From Takakia lepidozioides (Eukaryota > Plantae > Bryophyta), in NCBI GenBank assembly GCA_030704615.1, contig CM060731.1:2852001-2916000 (forward strand): a stretch of DNA of 64,000 bases, written 5' to 3'. Below, piece by piece: positions 23,330-36,800 of the stretch. Within the stretch, counting starts at the first letter, position 1; every line of letters begins with the position of its first letter. Position numbers and translations under genes: made by a program. The notes under the pieces were generated by a model. It did no database searches. It was not told where the DNA came from and was given only the letters and a program-made list of their open reading frames with translations.

Positions 23330-25676
23330 CTTATTATGCTCTTCCAGAAGATCCCTCCTCTACAGAAGTCACATTACCATCTCCACCTCCACTCTTCAAG
23401 AAAATTTGGGAAGCTAGCAGGTGGGATTGCATGACAACATATGTAGAAGAACAAGTGGGCATCGATCTGCATGTCAGTTGAGGCGTTCCACATGGCATTC
23501 TCATCAGAAGACGATGCCGACGCAGCGCTAGCTCAAATGAGCTGCTCAGCTGGGTAAGTTGTCCATAGAGTATTTGCCTGATAAAGTGCAATCTATAGTG
23601 TCTAAAGGATTTCTATCGGCTGTGTAAGACAACCCCCTCCTCTATCAAAAATGTAGACACAACACTAGATGTATGGCCACGTCCGAGAGAGCGTTGGCAG
23701 CAAGTTTGATGTGGCATGCTTGGCCATCATCTTTACTAATTTATTGTTAAGTACAAAGATTGTTAGATGAGGCTAAACTTTACAGAGAGCTCAAACCCGA
23801 ATGATGTGTTCACTCCAATCAAAGAACTGTGCTCATAGGCCCTCGGGCAACTTTATCATCACAAAGCCAACTCATTCTAGGGTATGTGTTTGGATGGTGG
23901 GTTGCAAAATTGATTGGACTATTAGTGTTACGCGGTAGGTAAGCTTAGCTCATTCAGATCGTCTGTCAAATGGCTGACATGGGCACAAGGACATGGTCGG
24001 TTTAAGCCAATGAAGCATGCTTAGTATCAAAGATTTGGTTTGGATGCGAGGCTCCATGTTGATGAAAGATCCATAATTCTGGTCATGTGAAGACTACTAT
24101 GGACTGTGTTTTGGTAATGCCAGCAATGTAAGAGTGAAGATCAGACCAATCCTCTCATTGCAGTACATCTTATACAATGGTTCATTTTTCAGAATCCCTG
24201 CACCTTTGGTCTAGCATGGGTTTTTTATTTGACCGAACACATCATTCGGGTTTGAGCAAAGTTCTTTGATTGCAGCAAACACATCATTCGGGTTCATGGG
24301 TGCACTTTATCACCGATGTGAGCACTCCTTTTCATGTGCTGATACATCAAGTTTCATGGAGCTACAATCTGTCAATTCCATCCTTCCTCTTTCTCCCTTG
24401 TATGTTGTCCTTGATGACACATAAGGTCATGGTCAATCATAACTTTACAATCCTTACGACTTGGGTGATTTGGAACCATAAGTTAACATTGTAACACCGA
24501 CAAATCGCAACGTTCAGGGGCCTAGTGCATTTTGCCTCACAGCATAGCAAACTAGGCAAAAAGCATTATGAGTCTAGATTTTCATCCTTGGCCAAGCCCT
24601 CTGCAGTACCCCGTATCCTCAGGAAGCTACCACTTTGCTGCCACAGTTAAACACTTGAAATGTTCCAAGCATCCAGACCCCTTCATCCCTTGCTCATCCT
24701 TACCCTGTACTATGATACCAATCTGATCCAACTGCAGCAAATTTTACTGAAGTCCAAAATTTTATGCTACACAACAAATTTATTCATATGGGATCGGGGC
24801 TTAAATGCAGGGAGACAGTTGATATTACCTGTATTAATGTTATGTCAAGAATGACAGTAGCCATGAGCTCCACAGTAAGCTCTACATGGTTTCTGCAAAC
24901 AGCAGTGACAAGCGCATTATTCAAACAAACGCTTGATATTACTCGAGCATTCTGGCTGTACCTCATGTTTCCACATGTCAGATAAAAAAACATTGGTTAG
25001 TTTGAACTAGAACAGAAGAAGTGACATGGCTAACTTGAGCAGACCACCTGCTGTAAAGTACCCCTCTTAACAACCAGTCACATGTGGGCTTCCTTGTTGC
25101 GGGGTGGCCATAGCAACCAATGTGGCAGTGCAAACTCAATTGCCCTCCTGCTGCACTTGGGTGGACCACCTTGCAAATCCCCCAACATAGGGATTCCACT
25201 CCAAGACAAGCTCCAGTGTAGCCAGAACAAGCTTATCTTGCAGACAAAATGGCCAGCATGTGTAGGATCACCTATCACATTCGTTGGTAGTTCCCTGCTT
25301 GGCCATCGTTACTTCGAATGCATGAAGCTTGAGGAAACAGAGATGAAATGTACGGACAGAGTTCATAGGATTGACACTTCTTGCACAGTACGTACAATCT
25401 GCTTCTGTGGCTGGTGAAGAAATTGTCAAGGAAAATTGGTCGGCATCAATGATGGTTATAAATCTGAAGTGGCTCAGGAATTTGGGGTAGGCTTGGTTGT
25501 GAAAACGTTCTGCAACACAGCCAGCTGCATACCCTCTGCAGTCAGCGCTCAGCTGGCCTGTGCAAAATAAGTTCAAACAAAACTGGGAAATGCAAAGACG
25601 TTCAGCATGCTAATCCAAGAAAATGAAGATGGGGGATCAAGTTAACCATGGCAAAGAGTGGCAAGTGTCAATATAC

Positions 25677-28600
25677 CTTGTGTTGCAAATCATTGACTTT
25701 AGAGTCGCTCTCCTGCTTTTGTTCCATAGCACGTACCATTGCAACCTCCATCCATCGATTCTCTGCCTCAACCTGCCAGTCCTTCAATTCAGATCCTGAC
25801 ATCTATTGACCCTCACCATGCAACATGACGGAGCCACTGCTGGCATCTTGGAGAGGCAAGCAGGGAGAAGAAAAGAAACTCTATTAACGTTGGTTAGGAA
25901 GGTGTTTTTGCGAGAGAAGGAAGAGGTGTGCTGCACACCTGTGCCAAGGCCATGACACGCTGTCGTTCAACTTCCAGTTGTTGCCGAAGAAAAGCTTGCT
26001 CCTGATTGCCCAAGCCAGCCAATCTTTCCATTTAAAATGGTCTATGCTTTGACATCTTCCCCAAATAAGTAGAGAGGCTGATCTTGTTTTGGGCCTGTGC
26101 CCTCGAGTTCGCAAGAACGCAGAGTTTAAAAGTGGATGCGGATGAAAGTGGGTGGCAACCACTAGTTCATCTATTTGAAACTGTCCATGGGCTTAGAGCT
26201 AAGCTCCACATTTTCATTTATTATCATGTCTAGACTGGGAGAGTCCTGGTCATACTCCTTGATTCCAATACATTGGAGAGCAAAAAACAGCTCATATTGA
26301 ATATCAACTGGGCTTGGAGTTGTTCCACTCTGGTCCATAACCTTAGCAGTCCACAACCATCACCCTCAATGTCTGGCTCCTCGAGAAAAATCCTTTCTGA
26401 AAGACCTTTCTCATCCATCTAGTAAGACACGGATTCATCCCTTGACACCAAAGAGGAATTTGCAAAATTGAACTGCTGTGCTAGTGGCTCACCCAGAAAC
26501 TAAGAGCCAATGAAAATTACTTTGACTTAGAAAAAGAAGGTAACAGAAGGAAACAAGGGTGGCAGAAGCTGCATACCTTGCGTACGTGATCCAGCCAAGC
26601 AACATCAACAAGCCATTTTTGTTGGCGTCGGCCAGGTGATGCTGGAGGAACCACTGAAAGGGACAAGTGGTCACAGTCACCTGGCATCAAGGTTTCATCA
26701 CGGGTTTGACTCAGCCAAGTGCTGGAGCTGCTGCCCACACTGTTGCGTACACCCATGCTGCCATGAACCCAACGTACAAGTTTTGATTAAATGCTGTCAG
26801 TTGTCAGCTCCCTTCCCTTTTTAAGGGTCATGCACCAGTTTTGGACATGCCCTTCTGTATCTAAAGGATTAGGAGTCTGCAAGAATGCTCCTATACTTCA
26901 CATCTGCTCCTGAAGCATGTTCATTGCTTTTGATGAAAAGGGCTCACTAGCCAGTGGAGCCAAAACGCAGGCACAACCATTGTCTGGGGTTGGACTAACA
27001 TGTTTGTAGCTGTAAAGGTTCTGCAAACTCTATGAGCCTACAGAATCCTTGTCAGAATTAATCTTATGAACCTAATTCCTTGGCACTTAATGCTTTCTAA
27101 TCTCTTTTAGTTCTTCAAATACCATCCAACAGATGGCCCAGCGGTTGAGGTACAAGGCCACCCTTGGAGTCCTTGGGGGAAGCTTTTGGCAACCATGTTG
27201 GGGCAGTTAAAGCAGTAAGAAGGTGTCCCCTTCTGAACAAAGGTATAGCCGTTTGGGGTGAGGAGACACCATAATTTCCATTTGCACTACAAGGAGTCCA
27301 TCTTAGTTTGTTTAAAAAAAAATTGAAACCCTCAACTCAAACTTAATCGCCACAGCCACTCATACATGCAGGGAGCAAACACCCACTGACAAAGTTCTTC
27401 AATGAACAAAGGTCTGAATTGAGTGCACCTGCTTGTGATGAGGAGACATTACGTAGACATAGACAATATAGAGGAGAGAATGAGGAAGCAGTCAAGCAGC
27501 AAAGTTGTACTAACCTGCTAGGGTTCTCAAGTTCCCAACATTGCTCCTGTTGCATTCCAGTAGCAGGGAGAGACATACTTCTGTCTACTACCCGTGACGA
27601 GGCTTTTGTTTTAACCTGCAGACTTCCTGATCCACCATCCCACAACCCCCAATCCTTTGATAAGCATGGTGAAGAAGGTCTTTTGTCCTGCCTGGCTGCT
27701 AAACTTGGCCGCCCCTTCCCTTCTTTATCTAGCTGAATCAGAGCTGCCTCAACCCCTGCAGCCTTTTTCAACTCCCGGACAGAGAGTGCTACTTCCACAA
27801 TCTTGCGCTTTCTCTCTGCTTCTTCCAGTTTCTGTTGGAGGTCAAGGATGTAACGATCCACCTCTTCCAGATGCGATGCATGCACCTTCACCATGTCTCC
27901 TTTCTTGTGGTGCTCGATGACTTTTCCCCTGTTGTTCAGCTCACTATGCTTTAGCAACCACTCTAGTTCTCGAACTGAACCTTGCAAAAGGGCAGCATCT
28001 TCCCGTTCTGCTTCCAGCTGCTGGAGCACATGGTCCTTTTCATGAATGAGTGCTTGTTCTTTGCGCTGCCACTCCTGCTGCCACTGTTGCTCTTGCATGG
28101 TTATCGTCTCTTGTTGCTCTTTGGCCCAAGCTCTCTCTCTCCTTTCCCATTCTGCTTCCTTTTCTACCCTGGCCTTCACCAATTGTGTCTCCTTGGCACC
28201 CAGCTCCTCCCGAAGGGTCTCAATGGCATTCATTGCATCAGATATCTGTTTCTCAAAGGTAGCTACCCGTCCCACAGCTGCTTGCCATTCCACTGCCCTC
28301 CAACTGCCCCCATGGCCCCGATTCACAGATTCCATCATGGACCTTTCTATACCAAGTTCCTCCAGGAGTGTCTTGTTCTCTTCCTTCAGCTTCTGACCTT
28401 CAGCATCTGCAATTCCCTTTGCTTGCCGCTCTTGATCAAGTGCCTCAGATAGAATATCTTTTTCCTGCATACAAGCAGATATTGTATTGGATAACTTAAG
28501 TTCCCTCGCTTGAGCTTCAGTCGTGCACATCATCTGCTGGTCCTCTAGTTGGCTCACCTCCTCCTTCATAGTGGCCATGTCCTCATCCTTCTGCCTAACT

Positions 28601-31305
28601 AAGGCTTTCATGTCATTCAGCTCCTGTGTCATGGCATCTATCTCATTTTGCCAGCTCTCTTCCTTCTGTCTCATCTCAGCCACCATCCTTCGCTTTCCAA
28701 CGAAATGCAACTCCATCACCTCCTCTCTCTCCTTGCGTTCTTTCTCAACCTCTCTATCGATACTTTGAACTTCATCCCTGAATTTCTGCATGGTCACTTC
28801 CATTTCATGTTCCCTTGCATGAAGCTGACCTTTCAGCATCTCCACATCAGCAGTCTTTAAAGAAAGAGCCGTCTCCATGTGCTTTCTCTCTGTTTCTAGC
28901 TGTTTTTGCTTGATCAAAAATTCAGTCCTTAACTTATCCATCTCACATCTCGTCTCTGACACTTCTACTTCGAGTTCTTTCCATTGCAGCTTGAGTTTGT
29001 CTGCGTCCCATTTTAGCCCCTTGCCTTGCAATTCATGACTCACTCTACTATCATCTGCATCCATCTCCGTTGTAAATCTTTCAATATTGGTGCAGCTCTC
29101 GCCCTCACTTTCTTCTGACATCTTCCCTGCTTGCATAATGAAACTTTCACAAGAAATACTAGTTTGTGGGCAGAGTTCCTTCCATATGTCAAGCCGTGTT
29201 ACAGGGTCAGTTGCCATTTCTTTGTTGGCATACAGAAGTTGTTGCATTTCTTCCAGCCGCCGCTTGGTTTCTGCCAAAGTAAGATTGAGCTCCTGATGCT
29301 GCTTCTGGAGAGAGACCAACTCCTGGTCTTTGGTCTCCAAAATGGATGCCCACTTGGCCACCTGTGCCTCGAGCCAGTCCTCACGTGATGAGACCATAGC
29401 CTCCCACCCGGCCTTCTCATCAGCACATTCCTTGCGGTATGCATTCAATTCCTGCTCCCAGACCTTCTGCGCTTGCAAGATTTCAGATTCTCTTTTCTTG
29501 TACTTCGTCTCCCACTGCGCCAGATCTGACTCCAAATGACTGCATCTTGTGACCAAGTTCTCCTCTCTCTCTGCCCACATTACCTCAATCTCTCTTTCCC
29601 TCTCCCTTGATCTCCTTAGAAGCAAGTTCAGCTTCTCCTCCAACTTATCCCTCTCAGCTTCCACAAGATCGCGCTGTGCTTTCCAGCGAGTAGATTGCTC
29701 AGTTTCACATGTTCGAGACCTCTTCTCACTTGTCTTCTTTGTATGGGTCCTCTGTAGCTCCTTGTCCAGATCCTTCAGTAAAGATCTTAGTCTGGTAGGG
29801 GCATCCAGTTCTCCATCCTCTTCTTTAGATAGTTTTTCCCGCAGCTTCATCAGAAAGTTCACCAACTTTTTCCACTTTTCCTCGCTCTCATTCCGCAGTT
29901 TCTTTTCCTCCCTCCACATCTCTAACATCCCATCAACTTCACACCGTGATTCTTTACGTCGCTCTTGCTCAACCACAAGGGCAGCCTCTGCCCCTCTTTG
30001 CACACCTAATATTCTGCTCACCTCCTTCTCCAGGGCAAGGGTTCGACTTTCCAGTTGACGCTCCCGCTCATGCCATCTTCGCTGCTCCTGCTGGAGGGTA
30101 CTTTCTACCTCTTCCTTGGCGTGCAGGGTAGACTCCAAAACCTGCCGGTCTCGATCAGCTCGCTCATCAGCCTCTTTCAGCATGTCCTCAAAGGCAAGTA
30201 AGAGGGCCTTATGTGGGCTAACCATGGCTTGCCGCCTTCTATCTGCAGCCACCAGCAGATTCCCATGTTTCTTCCTGAGAACATCTTCTCTCTCTATTAA
30301 CAGCTCGTCATCACCTTCGTGCAGTTCAACAAGCATTCCCTGGACTATGTCATCCATTTCATCCTGCTTCTTCTGAAGTGCATACTCCTTCTCAGCAAGG
30401 GCCACTTTGAGCTCCTCCTCCAACCGTCGCACCTTCCCCTGCAAAAGCCCAACCTCTTCTTCAAGCTGCACATCCCGTCGTTCCATTTCAAACTCACGCT
30501 CACGCCAGTCCATCTCATGGGCCTCCTCATCAGCCCGTAAACTCAACCACATCTCTTCCATAACACCTTCAAACTCCACCTCATCCTCCACCTTTTCAAC
30601 CACATGCTCCACCCTTTCCCTTCCAAGCCTTGCCTCCAATTCTCTCTCCTTAGCTGCAAGGTTTCTCAATTGTCCGAGAAGAAACCCTGAGACTTTGATC
30701 TCTCTTTTTGTTTCATCTGTTGATGGCCTGGCACTCAACTTTTTCATCTGTTCCAAGAGGTCTGTTAGCTGGCCTCCGAGCATTTGGGGTTCTTCACTTA
30801 GATTGGAGACATGAAAGCCCAACTGTGTATGCTCCCCTATATTTGGCTTACCTCCTTCCTGCTCTTTCCAACCCTCATCGAAACTAAAGCCCGCTCCATG
30901 CTCCACATCAACAAAACCCTCCATAGCTTCCATCCCTGCAGCTTTAGGAGAACAGCCCACTGGTGATTCAAAGCGTTTGTCCAAACCTCTTGTCAGTTGC
31001 CTGCTACAATCCTCATCTGAAAGGGACTGTACCTTAGTCCTTTCGCTGGAACATGGCATTATATCTCCTGAATGATCACTATCTCTAGCTGCAGCAGTTG
31101 CACTTGTCTCTCGGCCACACCTTGGTTCAGTTTCCAGGTTAGAGTCACAGCTATGTTGAAGATGAAGCAAGTTGCTATGCCGTACTTCTATTAACATAAC
31201 GCCTGCCAGCTCCTCTGAAGCTTCCTCCAAGCTTGTCAGAGGTGCCTGCCTCTCCACACACAAGCTTTTACCCTGGCTTGAATCCATGCCTGAGCACAGT
31301 TTCAC
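25677..31305 (-). CDS. Large coiled-coil protein of unknown function; both ends of the gene are uncertain
   Basis: A ~3.8-kb open exon (~27514-31305) is E/K/Q/R-rich with heptad character. Small downstream exons with splice sites follow: ~26577-26690, ~26364-26418 (MDEKGLSERIFLEEPDIE) and 25677-25795 (SELKDWQVEAENRWMEVAMVRAMEQKQ...). No family recognised. Confidence 0.75.
27130..27322 (+). mobile_element. Possible degenerate SINE in an intron
   Basis: A-box-like TGGCCCAGCGG near 27134 and an A-run at 27313-27322. No clear B box. Confidence 0.25.
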
Positions 31306-33832
31306 AAACAGATGTCCACCAGTACGTTATCAATTCCACTTTAGATGTCCTTTACTTCGGCTGGACTGAAGTTGACAAGAAGAAAAAGATGCATGGCATG
31401 GCTAAATGGCCCGGAAAACTGACCGTACCTGCAAGCTGCCGGTTGGAATGCTGGCTCAACCAAATTACTTAACTGTAAAGTGGGGATAGACTGCACTTCT
31501 ATGACTGCAGCTAGATTAGGACAGGGGCCCTTGCAAAGCCAGTATAAGTTATCAACCAAAGGATAACATGATTTTGTGCACACAAACCAAAGTTAACTGC
31601 TCGTCCGATTAACATCTCCCACTATGCTGCATGTCTCACAAGCGCCCAAGCATCAGAAGCATTGTCTCTTTCCCTTTGTTCATGGTAGAACACGTCAATC
31701 ACCTCCTCGCATTGCCGGAGATCGACTGACTGGGACCGGGTAGGATCGTGAAGCTGGTCCAACAAATAACAACAGGTAAAGAAACTAGGTGGTGATACTC
31801 TTACCTGAATTTAATGGGGCAGCTGACAATCACCCCAACCGCTTCTCCGTCCCCCGCCGCCCCCCAGCAACATACATCACTTGAAAGATGGGGGACGCTC
31901 TTCGCGCGCCTTAGCTGCTGGCGGATTCTGGACTGGCCGCTCCAGCCCTGCAACACAGTGCTCATAATAAAGTCTCCGCAATCATGCCAGTCTTTCGTCA
32001 GCTTCATGCAAAGATTCTGATTATCAACGTACATGTCCAGCTGTTCTAACTTCACATAACCTCTTCATCCCACGTCTCCATCAGAGTTGGATTCAAATGT
32101 AATCTTCTGTCAGCCCACTCCAGCTGCTTGTTTGCAGTGAATGTTGATTTTACCTCGCATCACATTGAACATAATCTACTTTATCACAATGTCAAGGGTG
32201 TTGAAGCAAATGAGCTCTCTGGATGGGTTGGTCTGTGCTCACGCAGAAGGGAAGAAAACATGCACACGCATAGAAGGGTGGGGGACGCCTAAGGGTATGT
32301 GTGAGAAATTACGGTTAGAAAAGGGAGAAATAAGCTACGAGAGGCAGGTGGTGGACGATATTCCAGTGATTCGCAAACTCAGCATCACTCCTTCAACTCA
32401 GTGCTTCACCCCTCCATGACAAAACCTCTCTCGAATAGGCTTACAAGATGAGACTATGAATGCGCCAAACTCCACCGTGCAGAATATGAAGTTCCTACAA
32501 GACATGAAATGCAGCGAGATAGATGCTAATTGACAGACGCACAGAATGGAGCAGCTACTGACATTTTCGCTTAGTCGACCTCCCACACCCGGCGCAAGAC
32601 GTAAGCGAGTCCGTGTTTACTGATTTACAAATCCACAGATGAGGAGCCTCTTCAACTTCCAAAAAACAAGCTCAGGCTGGACTTGGTGCAAGATGTGAGC
32701 CCGGGTATGGCGACGAAGGAAACCGACTTCAGAGTGTACAGCCCCATGAAAAGCTGACGAGCGAAACAATTTACAGTCCACTGATGCCGAGTTTTTTCAG
32801 CTGTCAACAAAACTCAGATCAATAAGCGAAGTATCGTGGTGACATAGACACCTCCGGTACACAAGCCTGCCAATCGGAGAAGTTCCGAAGATGTAGGTGA
32901 AAAAATGCAAGCTGCTGAAGGATCTCGAGTCCACTGTGCCTACGACCTTGCTACATACGACCTACACACAAGCCTGGTCAGCTTTCAAAAACACGCGCAG
33001 TTTCAAAACCTCCGGCCGTCAGTGAGAATATCTGCCCACGCTTCAATGCCGTCTGTACTCGGGATGTGTTCCTGACACACGCTCACGCCCGCCCTACCAC
33101 AGCCACGGTTGAAGGAGTTGCCGCGCGGGAGAGACGACCCCATCACCGATGATTCTGACCTAACTTCCGTCTACCCCACTTTCCCTTTCTCATGCACGAT
33201 TGTTATTCCAACCCTCCACTAATATTTTTAAAAAGCAATATAAAGCCCTGTAGCCTTTGGTCAACCATCCGATCCCCGTGATTCCTGGAACCAGGCCTCA
33301 CGATAAAAGAATAAACGAATTAATATATGTATAAGGGCGAGATGGATGAAGTATGTTCCATTCACGAGTTCCGTCCACGAGTCGGTGGAGCGGCTAAATA
33401 TGGCTAAACTCTGAGTGTTGACTGTGGACCATTTAATGGGTTTGGATTTTAGCACTCATTGAGAGCCTTTATTTTTTAATAAAGTGGCCTTTAGCCGAAG
33501 TTTGGATTATAGCGGTTAATGGTGCTGGCAGCTTACGAATGAACTTACTTGTCATCCATGATGCGCTACGACATCCATCCTTCACATATCCATCCATGCA
33601 TGTGACTCATTCCGTGGATGAATGACTTGAGCTATTGACAGATGGATGAGTGGCAGACAGATGGATGATCTTGATGTATGACGGATACGTGCGAGTGTCT
33701 TGGGAAGCAGGTGTGTGAAGAAAGAGAAATGTATCGATCTCCATTAAATGGATCATGAAGATGTAGGAACAAATTTGGTATCATTCAACCTCGAAAGGAT
33801 TTTTGAAACAAGCTAGGATGCTCTGCACCATC

Positions 33833-36800
33833 TCATTGAGGCAGATCTTGCAACTGGACTGGGGATCCTTGCCTCCGGGCGCGGTCAGCAAATGAGCTAG
33901 CTGTTGTTGCACACTCGAGGAGTCCTGCACACTCGGCAGGAGGCAACAAACATCCATCTTCTTGCTTGATGGTGTCTAAATCATTTGGGCTTTGACTTGG
34001 GGCGAACATGGCACTGTGTGGGGACCGCAAGTTCCCACGGGTCTGACATGCCAGCATGGTCTTGCAATGCTGCGCTTCATCCTCTCGAATGTTCACAAAC
34101 ACGTCGTACAGATTATCTGCCCTCCACCCACACCCCTTGCAAGCATCACAGCCTGCTCTGGAAGCTCTGATCCTAAACTGATATCTTAGAAGAATGAGAA
34201 GTCCGGGGAGGAGAAAAAGAGTCCCTTACCCACTTTTGGCCGCCTTGAGTTGGGCATGCGGTCCGTTTGAAACTCATCTGTCACATCAAAAGAAAAACTG
34301 AGCATTTGTTTGATGCACAACATCCTCACCGTATCACTGCATTAAGTGAATAAGTAACATGTCGTGGTCTCCACCAAGCAAGAGGACTCACCAAACATGT
34401 ACAAATCTCCTTCTGTGTAGTACTGCACTGCAACTTCCGGTGCAGGTAATTTCTTCAGTTCCTCTGTGGTCAAATTAGGATCTAGGCGTCAGTAACAGTA
34501 CCAACAAAGAAGAAAAAGCATCATCACCAGGGATGCATTTCCACAGAAGCCCCTGACCTTTATTTGCTAGACTGAATAATACTGGACAGTGGTGGGGTAT
34601 GTCCCCACAGGAGAGGTGGCACGAGAATTCAGCTGCACACGAACAAGAATATGAACTCTTGCAGGATGCAAATGGTCTTGTAAGTTCATACTCGAGTGCT
34701 ACGTGAGACTGCACCCTACACTTCCCACAAAGAACTGGGGGCCCAGAAAAGCCAGAACCAGGTCTTCCTGGTAAGATACTGTCCAGAGTGCGCACCACCA
34801 GAGCACTCAATGACCTTTCCAGTGAGTACAATTGGGAACCATTCCTCAAGATGCACAACACAAAATGTAGCATGGTTGAGTCTCTGGTTGCAGTTCATAT
34901 TCTTGGAACCTGGTTTGAATACTGTCAACGAAAAAGTATCCCACCTCCATGTAGCTTGATAAATTCGTCGTAAGTATGGAAGGCATGCTTCTCCACACAT
35001 TCTGAGAAGTGATCTGCAATCATATGCATCAGAAATAGCCCTGCCTCAGAGACAATCCTGCTTCATGTGTGCATATGGCTATTTATTGGCTTTAAAATAG
35101 ATTTAAATTCAATTAAATTGTAAAATGGCTTGAGGGAGGAGCGCGTCGGGGGGGAGGCAAATGATTTATTCGTCTGCTGTGTCTCCGCACATGTGTCGCA
35201 CACATGTTCAAGCACATGCGGGCAAAAGAGGGGCTTCAACCACATCCGTTCAATGGGTGCTATAGCCGTGCACGCATTGCAAGATTTCTTTTTTCGCATT
35301 GAAGAGAGAGAGAAACTTGTGGGTTGGTTCTGGTTGCCTTCTCATCAAGAAAACCTGTCTTTAGTCTTCCTTGCATATGAGGGAGGTGGGCTTCAACTTC
35401 GAAATCTGAGGTTCAGGGACAAGGCTTGGTCTTGGCTTTGGACCTCAAAATCCTGTGGGTGGCAGTTGGACTCCCTACCACCTAGAAGCAGTACTGATTC
35501 AGCCCACCCTGGTACATGAGACTCACTCCAAAATTGCCCAACGACAATCTGGTGAAGGGCATGTGGATACAAGCTGGACTGATCATCGTCAAAACACAAT
35601 GCTGATTTCAGCACTGCTGATGTAGTCATTTGCCCACAATTGCTAAAGAGAATGTACTCATGAGATGTTGTTTGCCACAACTGCTAAAGAGAAAGAGATT
35701 GTACTCATAAGACGTTGTTTGCCGTAGCCTTGTGGCCATTGACCCCGCGCCCAGTTTGAGCGGGAACAAAAGGGACAGAACCTACCTCTGTCAGGGGCTG
35801 ACGTTGGTAGTAAGACTTACCTCCATATAAAGAATTAATCCGGGTTTTCCAGATATCCTCTAGAAATCCCTTCACACAAGCATCAATCTGCTGTGTGTGA
35901 TTTGCCCAAAAACTAGGCCTCAGGAGGGCCTGGGCTTTTGGCTCAGCCTCGAGACTTTCAAAGTTGGTAAACAGGGGTACAGGCACAATTCCCTTAATAG
36001 ATTTGAAGAGAGCGTCTCTTTGGTGAGAGAACCCCGGACAGTGTATCAGAAAATGAATACTGTCTTCAGATTGCCCACACAACGGGCAATTGCACTCTCC
36101 CTTTCCTCTCTGCTTCTGTTTGCTGTTCAAAGGTAGGCTTCCTGCCCTGAGTTTAAATTTCAGTCTAGTGCCGAGAGTGGGTAGACCCTTGAGGTCATCC
36201 AAGATGTCCTCCCCCATGTCACAGACTGGAAACAAGTTCAGGGAAGTTTTCCGCCTAACTTCATTTTCATCAGACAATCTCATGGCAACAGACATGGCTG
36301 AGGACACTACAGCCTCTAAGTCAGATTTATCCAGCAGGGTCAAGACTTGCGGATCCAGGTCCAGGTCCTTGAGGATCTCTTCTACTCTCTTCTGCCAGGA
36401 CTTAGCCTGTTTGACAGGGCGGTCCTGTTTCCAAGATATAGAGTCGATTAATTTAGGATATCTGGTGTTGGGCATATGTTGCAGCTGACCCCACCATCTG
36501 ACCTTGAATTCATCTCGTCGGGAGCTTAAGGACGGAATGCCAAACTCACCCCGAACAGCCACATTGGCTGTTTTGGAGCATGCTGACATACACTCCTTAA
36601 GCACCCCCACTTGAATGGATTCTAGAGACTTAGCCTGGTTGGAGTTATCAACCCATATAGCAGATCCGTACTCCAAGGCAGGTCTAATAACGCGACAAAG
36701 CATGGTTTTCTTAACCTCAGAGTTGACCCCTCTGCAGTGGAAAAATTTAGTGAGCCCCAGAGCTTTGCCCTTGCCAGTTTGAACAACTTTCCGGATATGT

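Noticed and set aside
27419-30814. Many plus-strand ORFs rich in Ser/Leu/Phe
   Set aside because: They are antisense shadows of the E/K-rich coiled-coil exon.
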